Positions 29,466 to 40,109 of a stretch of DNA of 64,000 nucleotides are shown here, piece by piece; the first letter of the stretch is position 1; every line of letters begins with the position of its first letter. A model generated the notes under the pieces. It ran no database searches. It was not told the origin of the DNA and saw only the letters and a program-made list of their open reading frames with translations. The position numbers and the translations under genes were made by a program. The stretch comes from an uncultured Acidobacteriaceae bacterium (lineage in GTDB: Bacteria; Acidobacteriota; Terriglobia; Terriglobales; Acidobacteriaceae): positions 39,875-103,874 of the forward strand of contig CAWIBQ010000003.1 of NCBI GenBank assembly GCA_963834345.1, in the 5' to 3' direction.

Positions 29466-30548
29466 CTACAAACCGTCGGTCGGCGGCCCGGGCTTCGGTG
29501 GCGCGGCCGCGGGCGGGAGATCCCCGATCTGCACCAACTTAGGCCCTGCCTCCTGAACCGGCCCCATCGCTTGCTCATGTTGACGCCGCGCCGCGGCGTC
29601 GATGTCCACCGGAATGCCGCCCGGAATGATCTCTGGGTATCCATAGCGGGAGGCGTACTCGCGGGTGACCCGCATAATGAGCCACAGCCCGAAGCAGAGC
29701 ACCAGCACTGCCACCACGCTGCCCTCCGGCCCATAGTCCGCGCCGGTAAGCGCATCCGGGCCCTGGGGCAGGCTCTGGACGACGGGCGAGAAGCCCCCCG
29801 CGAATCCGCTGTAGCCGCTGAGCGGCAAACCGAAGAGCGGTCCCATAGCCGCATTCCAAGCGAAGTGCAGACCCCATGGCAGCCATAGAGCGCGCGTCCG
29901 CAGATAGGCGATACACAGGATAATGCTGAGCAGAAACAAGGCGAAGACCGCCGCGTGCGGCATTTCGGGCTGATAGTGCACCACGACGAAGCAGACCGAG
30001 ATGAAGACCGAACCGAGAGTCGGCCCAACCGCATCCATCAGCCGCTGGAATGGATATCCGCGAAAGATCAGTTCCTCACACAGCGCGGCAATCGCCAGCA
30101 CCAGCAGATCGAGGATCAGCAGGAACCACTGGTGCGCCCCGGTCCACAGGGTTATGCCGAGGCCCCCGATGAAAACCGAGGGAACGATGGTCAACAGCAG
30201 CAGGGCCCAGCCAACCGCAGAACCCGTGCCAAACTCATGCAGCATTCCCGGACGCGATACCAGCCCCATGGCGCGGCCCGGCTCCCGCTGGTGAGAGAAG
30301 CCCATCCCCAATGCCCCGAAGCCAACCAGAAGCAGGAACAGCATCACTATCCGGTCGACCAGCGCCACCCAGTCGCCCCCACTCAATCCGCGGGCAGCGT
30401 GATGCGCAATCACCTCCGCGACGAAGGCATACATCAGCGCCACAATGAAGACGCAGAAAGAGCGCAGACGCGTTGGTCTTTGTGGATGCGCGATGAGAGT
30501 TGGCGGCGTGGTGACCAAGTAAGTCTTAGGTGGTGTAGAACTGCGCAA
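29466..30548 (-). CDS. CPBP-family intramembrane glutamic endopeptidase (CAAX protease-like)
   Basis: Multi-TM protein with ALCEELIFRGYPFQRL (EExxxR), FVVVHY and LHFAWNA motifs. Confidence 0.85.
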   Translation of the reverse strand: MRSSTPPKTYLVTTPPTLIAHPQRPTRLRSFCVFIVALMYAFVAEVIAHHAARGLSGGDWVALVDRIVMLFLLLVGFGALGMGFSHQREPGRAMGLVSRPGMLHEFGTGSAVGWALLLLTIVPSVFIGGLGITLWTGAHQWFLLILDLLVLAIAALCEELIFRGYPFQRLMDAVGPTLGSVFISVCFVVVHYQPEMPHAAVFALFLLSIILCIAYLRTRALWLPWGLHFAWNAAMGPLFGLPLSGYSGFAGGFSPVVQSLPQGPDALTGADYGPEGSVVAVLVLCFGLWLIMRVTREYASRYGYPEIIPGGIPVDIDAAARRQHEQAMGPVQEAGPKLVQIGDLPPAAAPPKPGPPTDGL

Positions 30549-31410
30549 TGTTGCGGAACTTCTCGCGACGTCCAGCCAGACGCTCTTTCGTGGACATGGC
30601 CTTCAACTCACTGAGATGCCAGGAAAGCTTCTCGTCAAGCATGCGTGCTGCGCCTTCGGGGTCGAGGTGCGCGCCTCCCGGCGGCTCCGGTACCACGTCG
30701 TCCACGCAGCCCATCGCCATGACGTCCTCCGACGTTGTCTTCAGCGCATCTGCCGCCATTGCCCGCTTGGTTGCGTCACGCCACATGATCGAAGCGCAAC
30801 CCTCCGGTGAGATCACCGAATAGACCGCGTTCTCCAGCATCAACACCCGGTCGGCAACTGCGAGCGCCAGTGCGCCGCCCGAGCCGCCTTCACCCGTCAC
30901 CGTCGCGATGGTGGGAACGTTGAGACGCGACATCTCCAGCAGGTTGCGTGCAATCGCTTCGCCCTGCCCGCGCTCTTCTGCGCCCAGGCCGGGATTCGCG
31001 CCCAGCAGATCGATGAAGGTAAAGATCGGCCGGTTGAACTTCTCCGCGATCTTCATCACGCGCAGCGCCTTGCGGTATCCCTCGGGATTCGGCAGGCCAA
31101 AATTGAATTTGACGTTGTCCTTCGTCGTGCGCCCCTTCACGTTGGAGATGACCAGCACCTCGTCACCGTGAAAACGCGCCATGCTGCATTGCATCGCCGG
31201 ATCGTCGGCAAAGTTGCGGTCGCCGTGGATCTCACTCAGGTCCGTGAAGATCATCCGGATAAAGTCCATAGGGTATGGCCGCTGCGCATTCCTGGCCAGT
31301 TCCGTCTTCAGCCATGCATTTGGCTGCGACTCCTGGACAGATGGAAGCTTCGGCTCTGCCTTTCCTTCAGGCTGATCGCTGGTCGGCTGTGTCAAGGTTC
31401 CCTGGGCCAC
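30526..31410 (-). CDS. accA: Acetyl-CoA carboxylase carboxyltransferase subunit alpha
   Basis: ARNAQRPYPMDFI, HGDRNFADDPAM, GLPNPEGYRKALRVMKIAEKFNRPIFTFIDLLGANPG, GEGGSGGALA, YSVISPEGCASIMW. Confidence 0.9.
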   Translation of the reverse strand: MAQGTLTQPTSDQPEGKAEPKLPSVQESQPNAWLKTELARNAQRPYPMDFIRMIFTDLSEIHGDRNFADDPAMQCSMARFHGDEVLVISNVKGRTTKDNVKFNFGLPNPEGYRKALRVMKIAEKFNRPIFTFIDLLGANPGLGAEERGQGEAIARNLLEMSRLNVPTIATVTGEGGSGGALALAVADRVLMLENAVYSVISPEGCASIMWRDATKRAMAADALKTTSEDVMAMGCVDDVVPEPPGGAHLDPEGAARMLDEKLSWHLSELKAMSTKERLAGRREKFRNIAQFYTT

Positions 31411-31470
31411 GCATTGATTGTATGGAACGAAAGATACGGAGACAAATTAGGGGATCTGAGAGTAACACCC

Positions 31471-32661
31471 TCAGGTGGCCACGGTTTCCGCCGAACGCGC
31501 CGCCGGCATGCGGTCCCCAGGCAGGAACCAATTGCGCAGCCGGTTACGCATCGCGTCTTTGATGCGATTTGTCGGAGATGCCAGCAGCACACCGAACGCA
31601 ATTGCCGCAAGCAGCATAGCGAGCTTGGGCACCGGATTCCCGTGGTCGTAAGGCACGAGAGCGCTGATCAGCACAAAGAGCGGAAAGTGCACCACGTACA
31701 GAGGAAAGGTTCCCTCTGCCAGAACCCGCACGCTGCGGACCCAGCGCGCCTTGGCGTTCACCTGAACGCCGTCGATGGCCACCAACGCCCACAGCATGAG
31801 GAACGCGGCCGGCAGACCAACACGATAGTAAAACCGCATCAGCCAGAAGACCTCCACCGGGTGATGCTGGTGCGCGACGAGCAGATGTGTGATTCCCATG
31901 TAGGCCAGGTAACAAGCTTTGCTGGCCGGTTGCCAAAGCGCTATCCCGAGCACCGCAACGGCCGCGAAACCAAGATGCACGCGGGCTCGGCGAAATCCGG
32001 AACCCGACCTCCCCGGCGTCACCAGCCACGCATAGATCTCGTAGAGCCCACAGCCGAGAAGCCATAGAGGCAGCAGGAACGCTATGTGAGGACCGCCCAA
32101 TACGATCAGGCCGATGACGGCAATCCAGCGCAGCGGGCCGCGCAGATAAAATGCGCAACCGTAAATCGCGTAATAGAGGCACTCGTAGGAAAGCGACCAG
32201 AGCGGTCCGTTGGAAAATAGCCGCGTGCTCCTGGACCAGAACTGCGAGGTGAAAAGAAGGTTTTGGACCAATCGGGAGATTGGATGGTCCGTGTATTTGC
32301 CCCAGTTCGCCAGATAATAGCCGGCGTCGATGTGCTTAGTGAGCCCATCAGCGACCAAGGTAAACAAGATCGCTGGAATCACCACGGAATACATACGCGA
32401 CGCGCGGTCGATCCAGTACTCACCAATCCGGGCATACTTCATCCGCGTGACATAGCGAATCACAAAGCCGGAGAGGACAAAGAAAACGCCCACCGCCTCG
32501 ACCGCATACAGTGTGAGATTGGGCCATCCAGTCGAGAAGAACTCCTGGGTCACATGGCCGAACGCCACCATCGCCGCGGCTCCAAAGCGAACCACATCCA
32601 GCAGCAGCGATGAGGACGCTGGCAACCTCCGCGTCGCTGAACCTGGTTTCGTCTGGGACAT
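31471..32661 (-). CDS. Acyltransferase family 3 (OafA/YrhL-like) membrane protein
   Basis: 396 aa, about 10 TM segments. N-terminal LLLDVVRFGAAAMVAFGHV and FFVLSGFVI are typical of Acyl_transf_3. Confidence 0.85.
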   Translation of the reverse strand: MSQTKPGSATRRLPASSSLLLDVVRFGAAAMVAFGHVTQEFFSTGWPNLTLYAVEAVGVFFVLSGFVIRYVTRMKYARIGEYWIDRASRMYSVVIPAILFTLVADGLTKHIDAGYYLANWGKYTDHPISRLVQNLLFTSQFWSRSTRLFSNGPLWSLSYECLYYAIYGCAFYLRGPLRWIAVIGLIVLGGPHIAFLLPLWLLGCGLYEIYAWLVTPGRSGSGFRRARVHLGFAAVAVLGIALWQPASKACYLAYMGITHLLVAHQHHPVEVFWLMRFYYRVGLPAAFLMLWALVAIDGVQVNAKARWVRSVRVLAEGTFPLYVVHFPLFVLISALVPYDHGNPVPKLAMLLAAIAFGVLLASPTNRIKDAMRNRLRNWFLPGDRMPAARSAETVAT

Positions 32662-32736
32662 GGCGACAGTCTACCTTCGCGAGTGCTCATACGGTCTGGC
32701 AACCGCTCTTAAGTATCGCCGCACCGGTACAACTTT

Positions 32737-35700
32737 TTAGTCAATCGCCTGCACGGCCCCGCGCCCCAGCAACTCCTCGGCACGCTCGATGAAGATCCGG
32801 TCCGCTCCGACAGTGAAGCCTTCCGGTTCCAGCATCACCACGAACTCACCGCGCTGTTCGAGGTTGATCATCAGCTTGCCCGGCCCAGGCGCCTCCTGGA
32901 TCATGGCATGCAGCGAGAGGAGCGTCTGATCTGTCGCGCGATCCAGCGTCACTCGGATACGCACATTCTGCGGGAGCTTTACCTTTACGTCCTCGAGCGC
33001 CTGGATGGACGAGACCGCAAGCTTCGGCGCGGCATCCTCCTCCGCGCGCAATTGCCCGCGCACCAGCACCGGCACATCGATCTTGAGCGACTCGGCCAGC
33101 CGCGCATAGTCCTTGGGAAAGGCAATCAGGTCGATCTTGCCTACGGTATCTTCCAGCGCGGCCTGCGCGTAGAGCTCGCCGGATCGCTTCGACTTGGCCA
33201 CCTTCAAACCCACAATCACGCCCGCAACAGCAATCTCATGTTCCGGCTGCTGCTGACCACGGCGCGTGGGCGGCGGCGCCGGTTTCATCTCCATCGCTTC
33301 TGCGGTCGTCACCGCCTTCAGGTTCTTGATCTTGTCCGCGTACTTGTCCATCGGATGTCCGGAGACGAAGAAGCCCAGCACCTCCTTCTCCGATTGCAGC
33401 CGCAGGTTCTCATCCCAGTCCGGCACATTGGGCAGCGGGTCGTCCCCATGGGCGCCATTCACAGGCGCTTCGTCGAAGATGGCCCCCAGGCCGCCGAAGA
33501 GTCCGCTCTGCCCCGCCGCCAGGTCGCGCTGCGATTTCTGCGCCCGCTCCATCGCCTTATCCACGGCGGCCATCAGCCGGGCGCGCGGCCCGAAGCTGTC
33601 CAGCGCACCGGCCTTGATCAGCGACTCGATCACGCGCTTGTTGAGCAGACGGAGATCCACCTGCTCGCAGAACTCCCACAGCGATGTGAATCCGCGCGTC
33701 TCCTCTTCGGCCAGCTTTGCGCGCGCCGCAAGAATGGAATCGATGGCATTGCGGCCAACGTTCTTGATCGCCGTAAGCCCGAAGCGGATGACCTTGCCGT
33801 CCGGCGTGAAGTCGGCGTCGGAGATCTGGACATTCGGCGGCTCCACCGCGATCTCCATCTCGCGGCATTCGCTGATGTACTTCACCACGTTCTCAGGCTT
33901 CGAGATTTCGCTGGTCAACAGCGCTGCCATGAACTCGACCGGGTAGTGCGTCTTGAGATAGGCCGTGTGATACGCCAGCAGCGCATACGCAGCGGAGTGG
34001 GACTTGTTGAATCCGTAGCCGGCGAACTTCTCCATCTGGTCGAAGATGTAGCGTCGCCTTGTCCTTCGGGTGCTTGTTCTTGGCGGCGCCAGTCGCAAAG
34101 CGCTCCCGCTGCTTCGCCATCTCCTCGGCATTTTTCTTGCCCATCGCCCGCCGCAACAGGTCTGCTTCGCCCAGCGAGTAGCCGGCGAGCACGTTCGCGA
34201 TCTGCATCACCTGCTCCTGATACACGATCACGCCCAGCGTCTCCTTGAGCAGCACCTCCAGCTCAGGCAGCACGTACTCCACTTTGCGGCGGCCCCACTT
34301 GCGCTCGATGAAGTCGTCGATCATGCCGCCCTGGATCGGACCCGGGCGGTAGAGCGCATTCAGCGCCGTCAAATCCTCGACCGTCGTGGGACGATAGCGG
34401 CGAAGAACATCGCGCATGCCGCCCGATTCGAACTGGAAGACACCCGATGTCAGCGCCTTGTGGAAGACATGCTCGTAGGTCGTCTGATCGTCGAGCGGCA
34501 CCGTCGCCATGTTCACTTCCACGCCCTGATTGCGGCGGATCAGCTTCAGGCAATCGTCGATGACGGTCAGCGTGGTCAGCCCAAGGAAGTCCATCTTGAG
34601 CAGGCCCATCTTCTCGACAGCCTTCATGTCGTACGCGGTTACGATTTCGTCGTTCTTCGAACGGCTCACCGGCACCAGTTCGGTAAGCGGCTTGGGCGCA
34701 ATCACGACCCCCGCCGCGTGCACGCCCGCGCCTCGCACCAGCCCCTCAAGCTTTCGCGCAGTATCGACCAGCTCGCGCACCGTTGTATCTGCTTCGTATG
34801 CCGCCTGCAGCTGGTGCGAGTCTTTCAGCGCCTGTTCGATGGTGATGCCGATCGTCGCCGGCACCAGCTTGGCAATACGGTCTACGTCCCCGTACGGCAT
34901 ATCGAGCGCGCGGCCTACGTCCTTGATCGCCGCCTTCGCCGCCATGGTGTTGAAGGTGATGATCTGCGCCACCTGCTCGCGGCCATACTTGCGCGTGACG
35001 TACTCGATCACCTCGCCGCGGCGGTTCATGCAGAAGTCGATATCGATATCCGGCATCGAGACGCGCTCCGGATTGAGGAAGCGCTCGAAGAGCAGCTCGT
35101 TCTGCAGCGGATCGATGTCGGTGATCTCCATCACGTAGGCCACCAGCGATCCCGCAGCCGAGCCGCGTCCCGGGCCTACCGGAATCTCATGCTCTTTCGC
35201 GTAACGGATGAAATCCCACACGATGAGGAAGTAGCCGGGGAACTTCATCTGCTTGATGCAGTCGATCTCACGCTCCAGCCGCTCGCGATAATCCGCCTCG
35301 GTCTTGCGCAGCAGGCCCCGATCCTTCAAATGCTGGATTGCCGTCTGCAACCGCTTCTCAAAGCCCGCGCGGCAAACCTCTTCGAAGTAGCTGTCGATGC
35401 GTGTGGCCTGCCGGCACTGCAAACTCGGGGAACGGATTGTCCACCTTGTTCAGCTTGAGCTGGCAGCGCTCGGCAAACTCCATCGTGCGGCTGACCACCT
35501 GCGGCGCATGCGCAAAGAGCCGCTCCATCTCCTCCGCCGACTTTACATAGAACTGATCGGAGTCGAACTTGAAGCGCTTCGGGTCGTGGATCGAGCCCGC
35601 GGTCTGCACGCACAGCAGCACCTCGTGCGCGTGATGATCGTCCTCGCACAGATAGTGGCTGTCGTTGGTCGCCACCAGCGGGATGCCCAGTTCCTTCTCC

Positions 35701-36275
35701 ATGCGGAACATGTCCGCGTGAATCTTCTTCTCGAGCTCAAGCCCCTGGTCCTGGATCTCGAGGAAGAAGTTTCCTTTGCCGAAGATGTCCTGGTAGCCCG
35801 CGGCGACATTGCGCGCCGCCTCGTACTTCCCTGCCATCAGGTTTTCGCAGAACTCACCCGCCAGGCAGCCGGAAAAGCCGATCAGCCCTGCCGAATGTTC
35901 GGCCAGGTAGCGCTTCGAGATGCGCGGCTTGCGATAGAAGCCATGCAGCGACGCCTCTGACGTGATGCGGACCAGGTTGCGATAGCCCTCTTCGTTCTCC
36001 GCCAGCACCAGCAGATGGTTGTAGTCGTCGCCCTGCGGATCGGCGCGATGGTCTTCCTTCTTGCACACGTAGAGCTCGCAGCCCAGGATCGGCTTGATGC
36101 CCTTTGCCTTCGCCGCATCGAAGAAGTGCACCGCGCCGTAGATGTTCCCGTGATCGGTGATTGCGACAGCTTTCTGTCCGATCGAATCCACGCGGGAGAC
36201 CAGTTTTTCGACGTCGCAGGCGCCATCCAGCAGCGAGTAGTCCGTGTGCAGATGAAGGTGGGTGAACTCGGCCAT
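32737..36275 (-). pseudogene. dnaE: DNA polymerase III alpha subunit, split into three frames (breaks near 35397-35405 and 34050-34058)
   Basis: ORF 35358-36275 holds the PHP domain (FTHLHLHTDYSLLDG). ORF 33893-35422 holds palm/fingers (GYFLIVWDFIRYAKEHEIPVGPGRGSAAGSLV, NPERVSMPDIDIDF). ORF 32737-34131 starts inside FDQMEKFAGYGFNKSHSAAYAL and runs to the OB-fold/C-terminus. Each junction needs one nt removed. Confidence 0.9.
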
Positions 36276-36361
36276 CTCTTCTCATTTTAGTTGTGCTCAG
36301 AGGCACACAGAATGAGGCGAGGCTGTGCGTCGCACGTAGCTCACTGAGGAAATCCCTGCAT

Positions 36362-36395
36362 AACGCAAAAGAGGCGAGCGTGATGCTCTCCTCTT
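36362..36395 (-). terminator. Rho-independent terminator of the CCA/PAP-family gene
   Basis: On the minus strand: AAGAGGAGAGC-atcac-GCTCGCCTCTT (one mismatch) followed by TTTGCGTTA. Confidence 0.6.
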
Positions 36396-36412
36396 CTGAA
36401 AAAACAGCACGT

Positions 36413-38236
36413 CTAGAACCGGCTCACCGCTTCTTCTTTGCCGCTGCCTTCTTTGCCGGAGCTTTTTTGGGCGCAGCCTTCTTCGCAGCAGGCTTCTTGG
36501 CAGGCGCCGCCTTTTTCGCGGCCTTCTGCGGAGCCTTTGCCGGTTTTGCCTTCACCGCGGGCTTCTTTGCCGCAGCCTTTTTCGGCGCAGGCTTCGCGGC
36601 TGCCTTCTTTGCCGGAACCGGCTTCTGCGGGCACAGCCTTCTTCGCAGGTGCCGCAGCCTTCGGCTTCACTTCGGGCTTAGCAGGCTTCGCTGGAGCCTT
36701 GATTGCGGCTTTGGCTGGCGCAGCCACCTTTGCCGGGGCCGCTTTCGCAGGCGTTGCCTTGGCGGGCTCTGCCTTTGTAGGCGCGGGCTTCTGCGCAGTC
36801 TTTGCCTCCGCAGTCTTCGCGGGTACGGCCGGCTTCCCTTTGGCCGCAGCTTCGGCAGGCGCTGCCTCGGGTGTTTTTGCTGCCGCCTCCGCTGCATCTT
36901 CCTTCTTCGCTGCCTTCTTCTTCGAGGCGCGCGGCTTGCGCAGATTTACCGGCGGCGGTGGCGCTGGCGGAGAGTACGGCTCAAGAAACGCACGCAGCGC
37001 AGCCTCGTCCGTCAGCTTGTTGTCCATGGTCTGGTAGAACAGCTCTTCCAGCAGCTCCGGATAGCGCTCGATCTCGGGCGTGATGCGCATCTCCAGCATC
37101 AGGGCGGTTGGCACCTTTTGCCGCGCCTCCGGCCATACGGTGAAGAAATTCTTGTACTTGTTCTGGATGGCCGCGCCCTTGCCGGTCAGGCCCAGCCACA
37201 GCACCGGCTCCGCTGCAGAGCGCGTCATCAGCTTCCAGCTCACGGAGGGAGCGCTCGACTCCTTCGCCGTCAGCTTGGCGGCAAAGGCCTCCGCTTCCTT
37301 GTCCAGCCTCTCCCATTCCTTCACGAAGCCCGGCCGCACGAACAGCTTCTTCAACGCTGCAATGTCCTTGGGCTGCATCCGCGCCGTTAACAACTCCATC
37401 GCCGCGGCGGAAATGTCCGGATAGATTCCCTCAATCTGCAACCGCGTCTGCAGTTCATGCAGTTGCGCCAGTCCCTGCGCGTCGGCCTTGCTGACCGTCC
37501 ATGCCGGGTCGAGGTGCTTCATCCATCCCTGCTGCTCGAGAGTGCGAAGCATCTCGAGCGGATTCTCCTCGTGGCCGATCTCCTCCAGCTCATAGCCGCG
37601 CTGGTAGTTCGTGATCTCCGAAAAGACGCCCTCTTCCATCGCGTTGTCAAAGCGCTGCTTGGTGCGCTCGTCCATCTGAAAGCCCAGCCGCGTCCCCAGC
37701 CGCACCGCACGCAAGAGCCGGATCGGGTCTTCAAGGAAGCCGTAATTGCTCACCAGCCGCAGCGTGCGCATCTCGATATCCGCCACGCCGTTGGTCGGAT
37801 CCATCAGCAGGCCATACGAGCCTTCATTGAGGGAGATAGCCATCGCATTGACGGTGAAGTCGCGGCGGCGCAGGTCTTCGAGGATGTTGGTCCACTCATA
37901 CGTGGGGTGGGCGGCCTTGGCGAAGGTCTCCTTGCGCGCGCTCGATACCTCGAGCCTCACGCCGCCGGGATAACGCAGAAAGAGAGTCTGCGTTGGAGCA
38001 TGGGATCCCCAGTAGATGAACCCCGCAGCCTCTACTGCCTGCCGCAGGTTAAGGGCATTTCCCTGAACCGTTACATCAAAGTCGCGGACAGGATGCCCAC
38101 TGGTGAGGTCGCGGACAGCCCCTCCCGTGAGAAAACTGGTCATGCCTTCCGCGCGGGCGGCATCGCGAACCAGGCTCAGGGCACTGCGTTGCGCCGGAGA
38201 TAGGCGGCGCTCCAGCAAATAAACGTAGTCGGGCAT
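36413..38236 (-). CDS. tRNA nucleotidyltransferase / poly(A) polymerase family protein with long Lys/Ala/Pro-rich C-terminal tail
   Basis: Head-domain motif FLTGGAVRDLTSGHPVRDFDVTV. From about residue 423 the sequence is AKPA/AKKA-type low complexity. The last 70 codons of this frame turn Cys/Gly/Glu-rich, whereas the neighbouring frame (stop at 36424-36426) continues ...PAKKAAAKPAPKKAAAKK...AAAKKKR. Confidence 0.85.
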   Translation of the reverse strand: MPDYVYLLERRLSPAQRSALSLVRDAARAEGMTSFLTGGAVRDLTSGHPVRDFDVTVQGNALNLRQAVEAAGFIYWGSHAPTQTLFLRYPGGVRLEVSSARKETFAKAAHPTYEWTNILEDLRRRDFTVNAMAISLNEGSYGLLMDPTNGVADIEMRTLRLVSNYGFLEDPIRLLRAVRLGTRLGFQMDERTKQRFDNAMEEGVFSEITNYQRGYELEEIGHEENPLEMLRTLEQQGWMKHLDPAWTVSKADAQGLAQLHELQTRLQIEGIYPDISAAAMELLTARMQPKDIAALKKLFVRPGFVKEWERLDKEAEAFAAKLTAKESSAPSVSWKLMTRSAAEPVLWLGLTGKGAAIQNKYKNFFTVWPEARQKVPTALMLEMRITPEIERYPELLEELFYQTMDNKLTDEAALRAFLEPYSPPAPPPPVNLRKPRASKKKAAKKEDAAEAAAKTPEAAPAEAAAKGKPAVPAKTAEAKTAQKPAPTKAEPAKATPAKAAPAKVAAPAKAAIKAPAKPAKPEVKPKAAAPAKKAVPAEAGSGKEGSREACAEKGCGKEARGEGKTGKGSAEGREKGGACQEACCEEGCAQKSSGKEGSGKEEAVSRF

Positions 38237-38438
38237 GTTCGTGCCTTGAGCGACCCGCCAGCAGCTGGCCGGTGGCTCTATGTCACTCTTTCTGGGAGAC
38301 TTATCGCGTATGTAAGCTACTGCTCAACGCCTAAAGGTATCATAACGTGACTATCTTGGCTACCATTCTGCACACTTTCCGCTGCATTGGGTTACCAGGT
38401 ATGAGACAATCCCGCGGGTCGTTCCGGAAGGCTTTGCC

Positions 38439-38972
38439 ATGAGCAGCACCCAGAAAAAAGCCGTCCTCCGCATGCATGATGGAAACTGGCTGGCCGGCTA
38501 CCTGCCTGCCTCCGGCTTCATCCGGCGTGCCGTGTCTCCGGACGCGCTGGAAGTGCTGGACCTCTCTGCCCGCCGTCAGGTGATCCCGCTGGCATCGCTT
38601 AAGTGGGCCTGCTTTGTCCGCGATTTCAACTCCGGCGAAACCACCAACCCGGAACGGCTGCTGCGTACTACCTTCTCCGGCCGTCCGCGTCTTGCAGGTC
38701 TGTGGCTGCGGATGACACTCAAGGACGAAACCATCCTCGAAGGGATGGCCGCCAACGATCTCACGCTCCTCGATCCTGCAGGCATACTCGTCACACCGCC
38801 GGATACGCGTTCGAACACCCAGCGCATCTTCCTGCCGCGCACCACCATCGTCGAATTGAACGTGGTCGCTGTCATCGGCGGCGCCGCAGTGACCGCGGAC
38901 AAACGCAAGCCACCGGCCTCCGCGCGTCAGCAGGGCGATCTCTTCCCTGCCGCGACGCCCAAAGCTCTCTGA
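38439..38972 (+). CDS. Hypothetical protein
   Basis: 177-aa ORF directly upstream of lpxD on the same strand. No motif recognised. The long antisense ORF 38340-39716 is rejected. Confidence 0.5.
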   Translation: MSSTQKKAVLRMHDGNWLAGYLPASGFIRRAVSPDALEVLDLSARRQVIPLASLKWACFVRDFNSGETTNPERLLRTTFSGRPRLAGLWLRMTLKDETILEGMAANDLTLLDPAGILVTPPDTRSNTQRIFLPRTTIVELNVVAVIGGAAVTADKRKPPASARQQGDLFPAATPKAL

Positions 38973-38999
38973 ATCGATTCCTCCCGCCACTCGGGTACC

Positions 39000-40007
39000 A
39001 TGCAGAAGATGAAGCTTCGCGACCTTGCTGCGCACCTCGGCGCCACTCTGCACGGTGATGGCGACACAGAGATCACCGGCGTGGCGGGCATTGAGGAAGC
39101 GGTCAGCGGCCACATCACCTTTGTCTCGAATCCCCGCTACGCCGGCGCCGCCAAAACCACCCAGGCAAGCGCCGTCCTGGTAGCACCGGAGTTTCCGGAG
39201 ATCGCCGCCGCCACCCTGCGGCTCGCGAATCCTTACCTCGCCTTTGCTCAAGCCATCGCGCTTTTGCATCCGGTGCCGATATATGCGCCGGGGGTACATC
39301 CCACAGCCGTCATCGATCCGAGTGCGAGCGTCGGGAGCGACGCTCATATCGGCGCGTATGTCGTGGTCGGGGCGGATGCGCGCATCGGAGATGGTGCCGT
39401 GCTGCTGCCGCACGTCGTCATCTATCCGGGGGTCACCGCCGGACGCAATCTCTTCGCTCACGCCCACGCCGTGGTCCGCGAGGGCTGCGTGCTCGGCGAC
39501 AACGTCATCCTGCAGAACGGCGTGGTCGTCGGCGGTGATGGCTTCGGTTTCGCCAAACGCGACGATGGCAGCTGGCAGAAGATTCCGCAATCGGGTCCGG
39601 TACGCATCGGCAATGACGTCGAGATCCAGGCCAATGCCTGCATCGATCGCGCGAGCGTAGGCGCGACAGTGATCGCCGACGGCGCGAAGATCGACAACCT
39701 GGTGCAGGTTGGGCATGGGTCGAGCGTGGGTGAGAACACGCTGCTCTGCGCGCAGGTGGGTCTTGCGGGATCAACCGAGGTCGGCCGCAACGTGGTGCTC
39801 GCCGGACAGGTTGGGGTCGCGGGCCACTGCAGGATCGGCGATGGGGTCGTCGCGACTGCGCAATCAGGCATTCCCAACGACGTGGCTGCAGGCAAAGTCG
39901 TCAGTGGTTACCCTGCAATCGATAACCGGCAATGGCTGCGGGCGGCGGCGATCTTCCAGCGATTGCCGGAACTGCTCCGTCGCCTTCCCGGAAAAATCCC
40001 GAAATGA
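39000..40007 (+). CDS. lpxD: UDP-3-O-(3-hydroxyacyl)glucosamine N-acyltransferase
   Basis: N-terminal LpxD domain (ITGVAGIEEAVSGHITFVSNPRY), then left-handed beta-helix hexapeptide repeats (IGDGAVL, IGNDVEI, VGENTLL, VGRNVVL, IGDGVVA). Confidence 0.9.
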   Translation: MQKMKLRDLAAHLGATLHGDGDTEITGVAGIEEAVSGHITFVSNPRYAGAAKTTQASAVLVAPEFPEIAAATLRLANPYLAFAQAIALLHPVPIYAPGVHPTAVIDPSASVGSDAHIGAYVVVGADARIGDGAVLLPHVVIYPGVTAGRNLFAHAHAVVREGCVLGDNVILQNGVVVGGDGFGFAKRDDGSWQKIPQSGPVRIGNDVEIQANACIDRASVGATVIADGAKIDNLVQVGHGSSVGENTLLCAQVGLAGSTEVGRNVVLAGQVGVAGHCRIGDGVVATAQSGIPNDVAAGKVVSGYPAIDNRQWLRAAAIFQRLPELLRRLPGKIPK

Positions 40008-40109
40008 ATCGGTCGCCGACCCATGAAGATCGATAACGCACAGACAAATAAATCGGTTAGCGCGGAAAGCCCGGCAGCGTCCGGGTGCATCTGCGCATCG
40101 TAAGGTCAA

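Noticed and set aside
34040-35410. Programmed frameshift or intein as an explanation for the dnaE breaks
   Set aside because: Programmed frameshifting is known for dnaX, not dnaE. No intein blocks or extra sequence are present, and conserved motifs abut directly across each junction. The same one-nucleotide surplus also affects unrelated genes.
36420-36960. Periodic GCC/CTT-rich DNA that at first glance resembles a tandem-repeat or CRISPR-like array
   Set aside because: There are no identical repeat units or spacers. The periodicity is the codon pattern of the Lys/Ala/Pro-rich tail of the CCA/PAP-family gene.
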